The position numbers were made by a program, and so were the translations under genes. Below, piece by piece: positions 50,126-64,000 of a DNA stretch of 64,000 bases. The stretch is from Tubulanus polymorphus (lineage: Eukaryota > Animalia > Nemertea), in assembly GCF_964204645.1 (NCBI RefSeq), contig NC_134032.1, positions 14,558,275 to 14,622,274 of the forward strand, in the 5' to 3' direction. Under the pieces are notes generated by a model. The model saw only the letters and a list, made by a program, of their open reading frames with translations, ran no database searches and was not told the origin of the DNA. How positions within the stretch are numbered: position 1 is the stretch's first letter; each line of letters begins with the position of its first letter.

Positions 50126-52506
50126 TTTTGTGGAGTAGTTTCGAATCCTGATTTTTTCGTAGAAAATATCACAGCGGATTTGTCGCGATATTTGAAATAA
50201 GAAGATACTTGAAATATCTACATCTATTCTAGGGTACATAGAAATCAGAAAAATCAGAGAAATCCAGACTTAACCGGAAAATCTGGGAGAGTTCCGACGA
50301 GAAAAATTAAAAAACAAAACGGATTTTGGCTTCATCCTCAGAGCCAGAGTTGCCTTAGTTGATTCAGAAATGATAAAATATGACATCAGATATACCGGTA
50401 GTGCACAGTTAAGTTTATTAGCAAAAACTATATCGCATCAGCATCATAAAACATACAATAAAATACATTCAATATCAGCGTTTGATAATCAATTATTCAC
50501 CCTTAAAATATTTCAATTATGATTCATCATAAAAAGATTTCAGGTTTTATACAGTGGTGGCGCAATTCTAATGATTAGAACTTTATAAAAACGCATAGCC
50601 TGTCCACCCTACCTCCTCTAATCCCATATACATCTTTCAATTTAACTCTTGTTCAAACTAGAAGCTTGCATAGGAGACCTACCCAGCATATAAAATAACA
50701 AATAAACAGTGGTTAAAACACCCTCTTGTCATGCTATCTCTATTCAAATTTAGTCATATATACATGTACATAAATATACAAAAATTGTTTACATGATATC
50801 CACATTTCAGTAAATATATACAAAATAGATCGTGATAATTCATTTGTATAACATAGTACAGACATGGGATTTAAAACATTCATTTAAATTGATTTAAATA
50901 AACACGCATACTAATCAGAATAATATGAACAATATGCAAATATTACGCATATTAGATAGTAGATAATTCATTTCCTTTTATAAACAACTTAACTACCGTA
51001 CCGAATATTTTAAAGTCGGTACGAATGAAAAGTCATCATCCCTCAGCAAGGAATCGAACCCGATGGCATCGCTAGACTCAGCCACGGCACGAAACTCAGC
51101 CACAATAGATCGAGTGCTGCACAGCTACACGCGTAGTTTAGATATGATGTCGGGATTAGCCAATCAGGAGTTCTGCTTCATTTTAGCGCGGGTTTTCCCA
51201 TTCATAGTTATTTCTGTGAAATTTTCCTCAGCATTTATACAACGAGGAATCTAATTGGTGCCGCAAGTTTTTATATGGTAAACCTGCGTACCCGGTCTGT
51301 GGCAGGGGTACATATCGTGGTTGAGTCTAGTTATCTACTGAGGCAGGGTTCATACCGTGGCTGAGTGTAGCGATACCATCAGGTTCGAATCCCTAAAAAG
51401 GGAGGATGAAGTAAAGTATGTCATGTACAAATATGTAGATTGAACTACGGATCGACAAAAAATTAATGCTCGATTTAAAAATAGAATTTACTGGACTATA
51501 CCCTGACGCCCACATCAATAAAATATATTCATTAGTTCATTAAGTTACGCAACAAGCTTCCCACCCAAGAACCTTGATATATGGGTACATTATGTCACCA
51601 ATAGGCGCCACCTGCATGAAACATTAATAACAAAAAACCTCTTTGAATAAGGCACAATATTTACAGCATAAAAACAGTTAACGTTGTTCAACATGGAGAC
51701 ACATCTACATTTCAATACAATTTTCACAATTAGGAACTGTAACCCTGACAACTGTAATATTTTCTCTACGTCTGATGATGGCCGATAGTCTTCAGCCAAA
51801 GCGTTGTTCAAAGGGTTATTCCCCAGGGTCCAGTTCCACAGTCGTGAGTTAAGATTTGACTCCGAGTTAAAACATTGAAAATGAACTAACTTTAACTCCG
51901 AGTTAACTCTAACTCAAAACTGTGGAACTGGTTCCTGGGTGATATTAGCTAATATACTAGACTCAGTTCCACAGTTGTAAGTTCAGACTTGACTCAGAGT
52001 TAACTCAGTGAAAATGAACTAATTTCAACTCTGGGGTTTACTCGTAACTCACAACTGTGGAACTGGATCCTGAATTATTATTGAGGTGGATTTAGCCGTA
52101 ACCCTAACCCTAGCCTAATAATCTGAAGTCCAACTGACAGCATCACACAATATGAACACAAAAGAATATGGATGAAATAAATCCTCAGAGAATTCCACAG
52201 CATTTTTTGATAACTGCCTAAACCCTGAGATTTTCTGGAAGCCCATGTAAACATTTGACAATCCTAAGTTCAACTATTGTAAGCTAACCACCAAATCAAC
52301 TTCACAGTCTTTACCTTAGTCATACTGCCCCTGCTGGAGAGCCTAGATATTAAACTACGTCCGAATCACAGAGATCTATAAAAAAATATTACATTTTTAA
52401 TTCCATCATATAGAATTCACTAAGACATGTATTCTAAACCTGCAATATAGTGGCTGTATGTCCAGTATATTGATTCAGTGCATCTCATAAAGAAACTGAA
52501 CACTTT

Positions 52507-55500
52507 TTAATTAAGAAGAAAATCTTCACTGGAAGCAGGTGTCTTCTCGTTAATTCCAGTCTCACGTAGTATTCCATTTTCCATTAACATCAAGCTGACA
52601 GTTTCTTTCTTACGTTTTTGTTTCCTGGAAAATCACAAGTTTACGAAGTAGTAGCACAGGAACAGTAATTTAGTCTTACTGGTACCAGCTGATCTTACGG
52701 GTTACCTCTAGAACAATGTAAATACCAGCTGATCTTACGGGTTACCCTTAGAACAGTGTGAATACCAGCTGATCTTACGGGTTACCCCTAGGACAATGTG
52801 AATACCAGCTGATCTTACGGGTTACCCCTAGAACAGTGTGAATACCAGCTGATCTTACGGGTTACCCCTAGGACAATGTGAATACCAGCTGATCTTACGG
52901 GTTACCCCTAGGACAGTGTGAATACCACCTGATCTTACGGGTTACACCTAGAACAGTGTGAATACCAGCTGATCTTACGGGTTACCCCTAGAACAGTGTG
53001 AATACCAGCTGATCTTACGGGTTACCCCTAGGACAATGTGAATACCAGCTGATCTTACGGGTTACCCCTAGAACAGTGTGAATACCAGCTGATCTTACGG
53101 GTTACCCCTAGAACAGTGTGAATACCAGCTGATCTTACAGGTTACCCCTAGAACAGTGTGAATACCAGCTGATCTTACGGGTTACCCCTAGAACAGTGTA
53201 AATACCAGCTGATCTTACGGGTTACCCCTAGAACAGTGTGAATACCTGCTGATTTTACGGGTTACCCCTAGAACAGTGTGAATACCAGCTGATCTTACAG
53301 GTTACCCCTAGGACAATGTGAATACCAGCTGATCTTATGGGTTACCCCTAGAACAGTGTGAACACCGTCTTGAATTCAGACAATTGAAAATGAATGACAT
53401 TCAACTCTAGAATTTAAATAAGATCCTCACTGCAGTGTTGAGTGAAATAATTAGCCTACTAGGCCCAGTTTAACTGAATTATGTAGAGCCTTTGATCCAG
53501 ATTTACTGAAATATGTAGGCTACTTACGGCGAACTCTTTCCGAAAGTCTCTCCATCCTCGAGCGTTTCGGGAAGAACTTGATTCAAAGTTTCAGGCAGAA
53601 GCAGCGCCAAGAGGCCGGCAGCGATGGCTGTACTACCGAATATTATCGATGGCAAAGGATTCCAATATTTACTCTACAATATACAATATACGATACATGA
53701 TATACGATACATGATATACGATACATGATATACGATATCGGGGATGAATCCAGAAAAATTGGAAGGTAGGGTCCAGAAGAAATGACTAATTCACGGAATC
53801 CCAGAGGAGGGAAGTTTGAATTTTGCTATTTAGTTCGATTGGTTATAGAATCAAAATGGGTTTAGACTGATCTCAAGTTGTTTGATTGGCTATAGAACCA
53901 AAATGAGCTTAGACTGGTCTTAAGTTGTTAGATTGGTTATAGAACTAAAATGAGCCAAGACTGGTCTTAAGTTGTTAGATCGGTTATAGAACTAAAATAA
54001 GCTTAGACTGGTCTTAAGTTGTTAGATTTAGTTATAGAACCAAAATGAGTTTAGACTGATCTTTAGTTGTTAGATTGTTTATAGAACCAAAATGAGCTTA
54101 GAACTAAAATGAGCTTAGACTGGTCTTAAGTTGTTAAACCTGGCTCTAGAACTAAGTTGATCTAAGTCTAAACGATGACTGTGGAACCGGCCCCAGAGGG
54201 AAGCAACATTATAACGGTTGATACTTACGAGACTAGCGATCTGAGGAGCGATCAGTCCGCCGATTCTGGCGTGCATCGATCCGGTTCCTACCCCCACGTT
54301 ACGTATAACAGTCGGGAAAACTTCGGCCGAATAAACGTAGATGATCGAAAACGACGCGGAAATTCCGAACTTCCCGATATTCGCTAGGGTCAACAGCAGC
54401 GGCAACAGTTCTAGAAATAGCAATAATTATGAGAAAATATGAAATCGATATTTCAGTGGATTTGGTGCGTCACCTCCAGGACCAGGGCTCAATTCTACAG
54501 TTCTAGGTTTTAGTTTCACTTGTAGTTTTAACTCAGTTGTGAGTTAGAGTTAACTGTGAACTCAGGATCCAGTTCCACAGTTGTGAGTTAGAGTTAACTG
54601 TGAACTCAGGATCCAGTTCCACAGTTGTGAGTTAGAGTTAACTCTGAACTCAGGATCCAGTTCCACAGCTGTGAGTTAGAGTTAACTGTGAACTCAGGAT
54701 CCGGTTCTACAGTTAAGAGTTAGAGTTAACTCTGAACTCAGGATCCGGTTCCACAGCTGTGAGTTAGAGTTAACTGTGAACGCAGGATCCAGTTCCACAG
54801 CTGTGAGTTAGAGTTAACTGTGAACGCAGGATCCGGTTCCACAGCTGTGAGTTAGAGTTAACTGTGAACGCAGGATCCGGTTCCTCAGCTGTGAGTTAGA
54901 GTTAACTGTGAACTCAGGATCCAGTTCTTCAGTTGTGGTGTTTGAGTTAAACCAATAATTAAAACTTAACCGTAGAACTGGGTTGAAGATCTTAGGGAGT
55001 CTAATGAATGATGACACATCATAAATCTACGAGCACCTTACACATTCCCCTTCGAACGTGCATTATAGTATAGAGCTTCTTGATTTAGTTTCGAATCCTC
55101 ATTATCATTATCATCGTCATCATTATCATCATCATCACTTTCACTTACTTTCATTTTTTATGAGTGGCGCGCAACAGAGACAAGCAACGCCACCTAGCAG
55201 CATCATGAATACTAACGTGCGTTGGCGTCCGATTCGATTGAGAACGAAACACGTTAAAACGTACGACGGTATTTCCACGGCGCCGGAGATGAATATACTC
55301 AGATATATGTTACCGCCCATCTCTTCGGAACTCAACGCTAAACCGTAATAAATTAAACTGTTTACAAACCTGAAAAATATAAATGAAATTTGTTCAGGAT
55401 CCACACGCGGGGATATTTTGTTTGATTTTTTGATTGAGTGTCCCTTACAGACCGACCACACCTGCCGGGAGCGAAACAGGGGGTTTGATTTTGAAATCGG

Positions 55501-58500
55501 AAATCGAAGTACAGATATAGATGTGTGATCGGCGGTCGAGTTAACACGCGGGATATTAGCCGTATGGCTCGAGAGTGCCCCCCCTCGAAAGTTTGCCCGT
55601 TGAAATATAGGGATTCATTTTTATCAACTCTGATAGCCTCTAGGGACTGGTTGCACAGTTGTGGCCATAAATGGATCTTTAGACTGGTCTTAAGTTGTTT
55701 GATTGGCTATAGAACTAAGTTGGTCTAAGACTGGTCTTATGTCTTAGCCGTGACTGCGCAACCGACCCAGGAGGTTCTAAAATGGTCATACAATTTTAGA
55801 CCCCCTTTGTTCGGCTTCATTCCTTTGGCTTTCCCTTAGGCTAGGGGACTGGGAGTGCCCTTTTTTAGTGCTGTCAATTTTTGTTTCAGTACATTCTAGC
55901 CCTGACCCTAATTTTGTATATCTAGATATATCTAGATTGTTAGAGGATTAAGTTAAGACCTGTCTTAGATCTCACACCTGTGCTGCAGTGCGACATGTCC
56001 GTGGTTTGGTAAAGCTTTCTACAGTTATGGGACCCAGTTTCACATATTGTCAGATTTTACTTCGGTGTGGGTTGTTAATTTAACATAGTGTGGGTTTGAT
56101 TTGATTCTGGATCCAGTTCCACAGTTGTGCGGGTTAAATTTGACATTGGGTCCAGTTCCACAGTTGTGTGGGTTTAATTTAACTCTGGATGCAGTTCCAC
56201 AGTTGTGTAGGTTTAATTTGACTCTGGATACAGTTCCACAGTTGTGTGGGTTTAATTTGACTCTGGATATCATCCCACAGTTGCGTGGATATAATTTGAC
56301 ACTGGATCCAGTTCCACAGAACTTAGTGTGGGTTTGATATGACTCTGGATCTAGTTCCACAGTTGTGTGGGTTTAATTTGACTGTGGACCCAGTTCCACA
56401 GTTGTGTGGGTTTGATTTGACTCTGGATCCAGTTCCACAATTGTGTAGGTTTAATTTGACTCTGGATGCAGTTCCACAGTTGTGTGGGTTTAATTTGACT
56501 CTGGATATCGTCCCACAGTTGCATGGATATAATTGGACACTGGATCCAGTTCCACAAGTTATGCGAGTATAATCTTATCATCTTTGGTTTTATGTAATTA
56601 CTGTATTAAACTGTGACATAAAATCTGAAATGGATCCAGTTGTCAAGGATCAATGCTAAAACAACATAAACAAAGGTACTGATGAAAACAATCTTCTCAA
56701 CGCTAAACCGTGATCCCTGTAAACATGTGATGTTATTTTGGCCGTGCCATATACATATATCTCTCTAGTGCATGACTCACCAGTTGAAAAATATGTTTAA
56801 AGACTTTTTTCTCATATTCGGTGTTCGCACCAAGTCAATTACATTTGGCATTGGGCCTTCCTGTACCTGGAATAATATTCAATAGTATCGACAACATAAA
56901 TCACCTGATCATCTCAGGAAAGATCTTAGGTCGTCTCTTACTAAACGCATCATTTTTCCTTCATTTTCTCTAAATCTACTAAATCTCTAAAACTACATAA
57001 TTGCAAGGCACCAAAAATTAAAATTCCCTGATTGAATTATAAGATATCCTCAGTGGAGGCTGTTTCTATTTAAAGAGGTTCTTTGTGCCACTGGTCACCA
57101 GCAAGAATTCATATTCCCTGATTAAATTATAAGATATCCTCAGTGAGGACTGTTTCTCATCAAGCGGTTCATTGTGCACCAGCAGGAACAACAAGACAAA
57201 AATTCAAATTCACTGATTAAATAATAAGATATCCTCAGTGGGGGCTGTTTCTAATCAAGAGGTTCCTCATGTCACTCGTCACCAACAAGAACAACAAGGC
57301 ACCAAAAATTCAAATTACATGATTTTCAAGAAAAGAGTCAGAATTCCCTGATCCTCCAGATCTGCTGGAGCCCTGATTTTCAGAGTAGCTGTTTAGATCA
57401 ATTTCACGCCCACTCATTTTTTCTATCATAGGAATCTTAAGATAATGTTTACCCTACCCAGTCTAGTCACTCCTTCCTCCTGAAGCCCAAACTCATAATC
57501 AAATTTCAACTGTATAATTCCCTGTTGTTGTATAAGGTATGGGCCACACGAGCATATTTTTTTTCACATTTGATATTTTCGCCCGATTATTTACGTCGGC
57601 GATCGTATCGCCCGCAAATTCGCTCGTGTGCCCGCACTCGGGCGAATTCCGCCGAGCGATCCATTTCTATCAACCAATCGGACACATTGTTGACATCACG
57701 TGATCTATTAACCGTCACCCATTAAACGGCGTCAGAATTTTGGTTTAATCGCTACACGTGAGCCCGCTCTTATCGGGCGTATAAATTCGCCGACGAATTC
57801 GTCGCGATTGGACAAAAAAATACGCTCGTGTGCACGTAGCTTAAAACATGGCCAATTTTGCTCCGACGGAACAAACTTTAGCGTGTCTCCTAATTGTTGT
57901 TTTGACTCTTACCTTTACTTGGACGTTAAAGCATATTTTTTCCGGAGCAATTTTACCATTTAATCGAGCTATTTTCTCGACGATAAGTTGCGCCTCTTCG
58001 CACCGGCCTTCCGAGATCAGCCACCGCGGCGATTCAGGAATTATCCTGCAAGCATCGAATTTATATAAGCTTAAAATGGTTTGGATTTTATAAAAGAATT
58101 TAACAAGCTAACCATCGATGGAACACTGTGTATCGAGATTTTGAGGATTGGACATCCTACTTCTGGCAGGGATTCGAACCTGATGACATCGCTACACTCA
58201 GCCATGGCCCAAAACCCAGCTGCCTTGCAACTAGTTGTCTCCAATCGCAGTGTCGATGTGCGCTAGGCTTTAGTTACTAATATTTCACTATGTTTGACTG
58301 GTGCTGCCATCTTTCAAGAGAGATTAGTAATTACTAATTAAATCAATACACCGCAGTGTGGTGTACTAGCAAAATCAATCACTGATTCGTACACCACACT
58401 GCGGTGTAGACACACTGAAAGGGTTAAGGGGTTGTGGAATCGGAGAAACTTACCACCAGTAGACGAGTAACAGAATGAATGGAATGGAAATGCTGAGTTG

Positions 58501-61483
58501 TAACATGATGTGATTCCTGACGAAATACGCGATTCCCGGTAACAACATGAATCCACATGCGAAATAACCCTGCACGAATATACCCATCCCCATACGATAC
58601 TTCGGACCCATCATCTCCATCACTAAAATAACACAGAAAATAAAAACATGGTCAGAGCATTAGAAGTACGATAGCCCCCCCCCCCCCATACATTCTAGAG
58701 ACTGTAGGTAATAGTAGAGGTTCACACAGACGTGGAGAGTAGATGATACAATTAAAACCCACTCTTTACGAAGTTATACGTTAAAAACGAAATTCATTAA
58801 CTAAATCAAAAGTAAAAGAGACTATTGGTAATAGTAGAATAATCCAGTTCACCCAGATGCAGAATTTAAAGCATTTAAAATGAAATTTATCAATCAAATC
58901 AGAAGTTAAAGAGACTATTGGTAATAATAGAATATCTCGGTTCACTCAGACGTGGAGAATAGATTAAACCAACTATATTTATATATAAATTTGAAACATT
59001 AGAAATGAAATTTATAAACCAAATCAGAAGTTAAAGAGACTATTGGTAATGGTAAAACAGTCTGGTTCACTCACACGTGTGGAATAGATTATATATACAA
59101 ATTTAAAGCATTTAAAATGAAATTTATAAACCAAATCAAAAGTTAGAGACTATTGGTAATCGTAGAATAGTTTTGGAATTTTGATGTAAATAAAGTATGA
59201 AAATAAATTCGAAAATTTTTTCGAAAAAAAACAGACTTTACCGAACACGAATGAGGTCGTGAACGCTCCTGCGGCGGCGGTTCCAACAATGAATCGTAGA
59301 ATTACGTACGTCGTATAGTTCGGAGCAAACGCGGCCGACACTGCCGTTATCGATTCCAACAATAAGGCCAAAACCATCGTTTTATGACGACCAAATCTAT
59401 AAATAGAAAATAATAAGGAATTTCTACCAAGGAGAAATAATTTCACCCTATTTCCGCCTCAATATAATTTCTTAATTTTCTTACATCTCAATTTCATTAA
59501 TTTCATAATCACTAATATCTCAATTTCATTATTTCTTAAATTACTTATATCTCAATTTCATTATTTCTTAAATTACTTATATCTCAATTTCATTATTTCT
59601 TAAATTACTTATATCTCAATTTCATTATTTCTTAATTAACTTATATCTCAATTTCATTATTTCATAATCACTAATATCTCAATTTCATTATTTCTTAAAT
59701 TACTTATATCTCAATTTCATTATTTCTTAAATTACTTATATCTCAATTTCATTATTTCTTAAATTACTTATATCTCAATTTCATTATTTCTTAATTAACT
59801 TATATCTCAATTTCATTATTTCATAATCACTAATATCTCAATTTCATTATTTCTTTAATTACTTATATCTCAATTTCATTATTTCTTTAATTACTTATAT
59901 CTCAATTTCATTATTTCTTAAATAACTTATATCTCAATTTCATTATTTCTTAATTTACTTATATCTCAATTTCATTATTTCTTAATTTACTTATATCTCA
60001 ATGTCATTATTTCATAATCACTAATATCTCAATTTCATTATTTCTTTAATTACTTATATCTCAATTTCATTTAGTTGTTAATTATCAATATCCGTGAGTG
60101 TTGGAGGGAAAAGTAATCCACACCATCAATTAAGTTTGATGGGAGTTAAACATTAGTTGTCAGACTCCTGCAGCTAAATACACTCAATCAATTCGTCTCT
60201 CTGTAAAAGGGGGGATCCGAAGGAGGTCACCACTTCATCGACTAACTACATATTGTTTCCAAGAACATCATACAATAAGTGGTTCATAACAGACAAAACT
60301 TTTTAACTATTATCAAAAGTATGAAAATAGAATAAAAACAAGAAGTCAAAAAGTTTTCTCTGCACGCAATGACCTCATAAAATTTATCTTGGGATTTTTG
60401 TTGTACGACACAATACGTGAGACGACAGGTGAAATCAGTTCATTCTATATCAGATATTTCAAATCTATATCAGATATTTCAAATCTATATCAGATATTTC
60501 AAATCTATATCAGATATTTCAAATCTATATCAGATATTGCAAATCTATACACGATAATTTCAAATCTATACACGATAATTTCAAATCTAAATACAGGGAC
60601 GTCACATGAGTAGTTCGCATCCGATGTATTGTCCATCATATTGTCCATGAGGTCATAGCTGTGGAACTGGGTTCACAGTCAAATTTAACCAACACAACTG
60701 TGGAACTGGATCCAGTTTTATCAAAGGTGGAATTTTTCTACGTGAGTGGAACCTGATTATAACGCTACCTCAGCTCAGAAATAACAATTTATCAGTTTTA
60801 ATACATTCGTGAATTCAGTCCCAAATCTCAATGATTTTGGAAATTAACAGGGAACTACAGTTAAATGAAGATCGCCGTAATCAGTTTCACTGTACAACAT
60901 TATACATATGAGAGACTGTTCATGCATACCGTGGCACTTAAGGTAGGGGCACACGAGCGTATTTTTTCGCCCGATCGCGGCAAATTTATAAATCGCCAAC
61001 TCGATCGCCCGGCGAATCGCCCGTATCAAACATGTTTGATATTTTCGGCCAATTATTAACGCCGGCGATCGGATCGCCCGCAAATTTGCTCGTCTGCCCG
61101 CACTCAGCGAATTTCGCCGAGCGATCCATTTTTATCAACCAATAGGATGCATTGTTGATATCATGTGATTCGTTAACTCTCTCCCTCTTAGTGCCAGTCG
61201 CTGACCGAATATCGGTTTGGTCGCTATGTGTGCCCGCTCTTATCAGGCGTATAATTTCGTCGACGAATTCGCTGGCGAATTTAATCGTCGCGATCGGGCG
61301 AAAAAATACGCTCGTGTGTCCCTAGCTTTACAAACTATTCCTTAATGCGGAGCTTAAAAAGTTTATAACCATGGTTTACCTGTCTGATACAGCTCCAAAC
61401 CCGATACACCCGGTCATAAAACCAGCCATATAAATTGTTTGTATGAGTGGCTCCATCCAGTCGTATTTACATATCGTACCGAA
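52507..61483 (-). CDS. Orct: SLC22/Orct organic cation transporter (MFS), 5'-partial; exons 61483-61380, 59396-59242, 58622-58454, 58045-57913, 56866-56781, 55369-55149, 54410-54229, 53673-53528, 52624-52507
   Basis: Motifs [47 protein letters not shown]...LPETLED. Exon sizes 104/155/169 nt are typical of SLC22 genes. All phases are compatible. Confidence 0.92.
52683..53365. repeat. Minisatellite, 40-bp unit x ~17
   Basis: Unit TACCAGCTGATCTTACGGGTTACCCCTAGAACAGTGTGAA. Confidence 0.96.
57535..57841. mobile_element. MITE family B, shorter diverged copy
   Basis: Shares termini and internal sequence with 60941-61327. Confidence 0.7.
59480..60071. repeat. AT-rich minisatellite, 32-bp unit x ~18
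   Basis: Unit TATCTCAATTTCATTATTTCTTAAATTACTTA. Confidence 0.95.
60444..60590. repeat. Minisatellite, ~20-bp unit
   Basis: Unit TCTATATCAGATATTTCAAA. Confidence 0.9.
60941..61327. mobile_element. MITE family B (PIF/Harbinger-like)
   Basis: TIR AGGTAGGGGCACACGAGCGTATTTTTTCGCCCGATCGCG with TTA duplication. Confidence 0.8.
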
Positions 61484-63645
61484 CTATAAAAAAAAATATT
61501 CAAAGAAAATAAAACAACACTGTAACGTTTTATAGACAGGGGGAAGGGGGCTGTCTCTTAGCCCCCCTCGGGTAGAGCAGCCATGTCAAAGGCCTCTATC
61601 GGGGTGACGCCCTGGGGCCAGTTGCACAGTCATGACTTAACTCCAAAAGAGGAATCAAAAGAGGACTGGTCTTAAGTCATTAGATTGGCTATAGACTTTA
61701 TACGGTCTAAGACTGGTCTTAGGAAAGTTGTTAGATTGGCTATAAGAACTGAAATGAGCTGAGACTGGTCTTAAGTTGTTAGATTGGCTATAAGAACTGA
61801 AATGAGCTGAGACTGGTCTTAAGTCATTAGATTGGCTATAAGAACTGAAATGAGCTGAGACTGGTCTTAAGTCATTAGATTGGCTATAGAACTTATACGG
61901 TCTAAGACTGGTCTTAGGAAAGTTGTTAGATTGGCTATAAGAACTGAAATGAGCTGAGACTGGTCTTAAGTCATTAGATTGGCTATAGAACTTATACGGT
62001 CTAAGACTGGTCTTAGGAAAGTTGTTAGATTGGCTATAAGAACTGAAATGAGCTGAGACTGGTCTTAAGTCATTAGATTGGCTATAGAACTTATACGGTC
62101 TAAGACTGGTCTTAGGAAAGTTGTTAGATTGGCTATAAGAACTGAAATGAGCTTAGACTGGTCTTAAGTTGTTAGATTGGCTATAACACTACGTTAGTTG
62201 GTCTTAGGCTGAGCTTAAGTCTAAGCCATGACTATGCAACTGGCACCAGGGGCCGGTTGCATAGTCATGGCTTAGACTTAAGACCCGTCTAAGACCAACT
62301 TAGTTCTATAGCCAATCTAACAACTTAAGACCAGTCTTAAGTTTCAAGAACACTTTTGGACTTAAGTCACGACTGTGCAACTGGCACCTGGTTTTAACTA
62401 TCTCTGTCCTGATGAAACGGGTAACCTCGATAGGAATCCGAACCTCCTAAATCTGTCCCTCTGTACTTCATGAAAGATACTTTAATATGTAATTCAATGT
62501 ATTCTGCATCTATGCAGTGTTTTCAATAAGAGCCAGGTCCCAAGTCCTGACCCGCCTGTTTTTTCAAACCAGCCTTCGTTTCAGGGACTGTGACGTATTA
62601 TGGGACCCTACCGTTTTCCAAAGGGACCCGGCTTGTTTATTTCTTATTACTTCTTTGATACAGAGATCTGGACCCCCAGACCACACCCTTCTGCCGCTCC
62701 ATATTTCACGAGAGATACATCAATTATGTATCTAATATATTCAGTATCTCCGCAGCCCCTGTAAGTCAACATGTCAAGTGAACACAGCTTGTATCGCTAA
62801 CAATAACGAATCTTGTCTTTCTAGGTATTTGTGATCACAATGTTGAATCTGTCTTTCTACATATTTGTTTTAGCGCACAACGACATAATGACAAAAAGGC
62901 AGCTGCGAACCATACAGCTAGACATGGGTTGGGAACAGCGTATCAAATAATAGTTAATTACACATAGCATAATACCCCTGGTATATATATATACAGTAGG
63001 ATCATTTTGTCTTCAATAACCCGATATATTTACCACTATAATTTAACACTAGGTCAAGTGAAGCTGAACAGAGTGTAGGCAGAGGGGGGTCTGAACAGGA
63101 TAACTCCATTAACTGAAGAATTAACAATCATAACAGGTCCCTAGATGTTCATTTTTTTACTGAAAATTTGCAGTCATTTGAGTGTTCATTGACTGCTAGT
63201 TGATAATGGGAAACCCGGGTGAGGGATCTCTCCAACACCTCTTACAGTTCGGAGAATCTGAAATTCTCTAATTAGATTCAAAGATATCCTCAGTGAAGGC
63301 TGTTTCTTATCAAGAGGTTCATTGTGTCACTCATCACCAGCAAGAACAACAAGACACCAAAAATTCAAATTCCCTGATTAAATTATAAGATATCCTCAGT
63401 GAGGGCTGTTTCTTATCAATAGGTTCCTTGTGTCATCTCATCACCAGCAAGAACAACACGACACCAAAAATTCAGATTCCCTGATTGAATTATGAAATAT
63501 CCTCAGTGGAGGCTGTTTCTTATCAAAAGGTCCCATATGCCACCAACCAGTCAGAACAACAAGCAGGACTGCCAACCACCGAAAAGTGCTATCAGGAACA
63601 AATTGATTTTTTTTCAGTAACATTTCATTGAAATATGGAAGAAAA

Positions 63646-64000
63646 TGTTCAAATTAATCAGTAATCAACAGTAAGACCCTCAGTAACATCTTTCATATTT
63701 CTGTTCAAATTAATCAGTAATCAACAGTAAGACCCTCAGTAACATCTTTCATATTTCTGTTCAAATTAATCAGTAATCAACAGTAAGACCCTCAGTAACA
63801 TCTTTCATATTTCTGTTTAAATTAATCAGTAATCAACAGTAAGACCCTCAGTTACATCTTTCATATTTCTGTTCAAATTAATCAGTAATCAACAGTAAGA
63901 CCCTCAGTAACATCTTTCATATTTCTGTTCAAATTAATCAGTAATCAACAGTAAGACCCTCAGTAACATCTTTCATATTTCTGTTTAAATTAATCAGTAA
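63646..64000. repeat. Minisatellite, 56-bp unit, running off the window end
   Basis: Unit AAATTAATCAGTAATCAACAGTAAGACCCTCAGTAACATCTTTCATATTTCTGTTC. Confidence 0.95.

Noticed and set aside
51040-51400. GGTTCGAATCC B-box-like motifs as tRNA genes (also ~6130, ~14862, ~15174, ~58170)
   Set aside because: No cloverleaf could be built; they lie in dispersed or inverted repeats and are at most SINE/MITE fragments.
52098-52118. CCCTAA-like run as telomeric sequence
   Set aside because: Only 2-3 degenerate units.

Overview
Repeat-rich eukaryotic animal DNA, probably a lophotrochozoan invertebrate (inferred from gene content and GT-AG introns; the species cannot be fixed). Five protein-coding genes were reconstructed by hand. 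(1) A FAM167-family gene (+). (2) A convergent secreted PAN/apple-EGF-fibrinogen-domain gene (-). (3) A ~32-kb CLK/Doa LAMMER kinase gene (-). (4) A double-MYND + DUF4470 gene nested antisense in a CLK intron (+). (5) An SLC22/Orct organic cation transporter (-) whose first exon lies beyond the window. The intergenic and intronic space holds several MITE families and minisatellites. The main interest is an apparent RNA-level control system in the CLK gene. It has an array of 11 x 69-nt minimal hammerhead-ribozyme motifs in sense orientation inside a kinase-domain intron, a second hammerhead in a Penelope-like inverted repeat, a pair of mutually exclusive exons rewriting the post-LAMMER insertion, several alternative first exons, and a micro-exon whose 5' splice site lies within a ~20-bp hairpin. 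All gene models are manual and lack transcript evidence.
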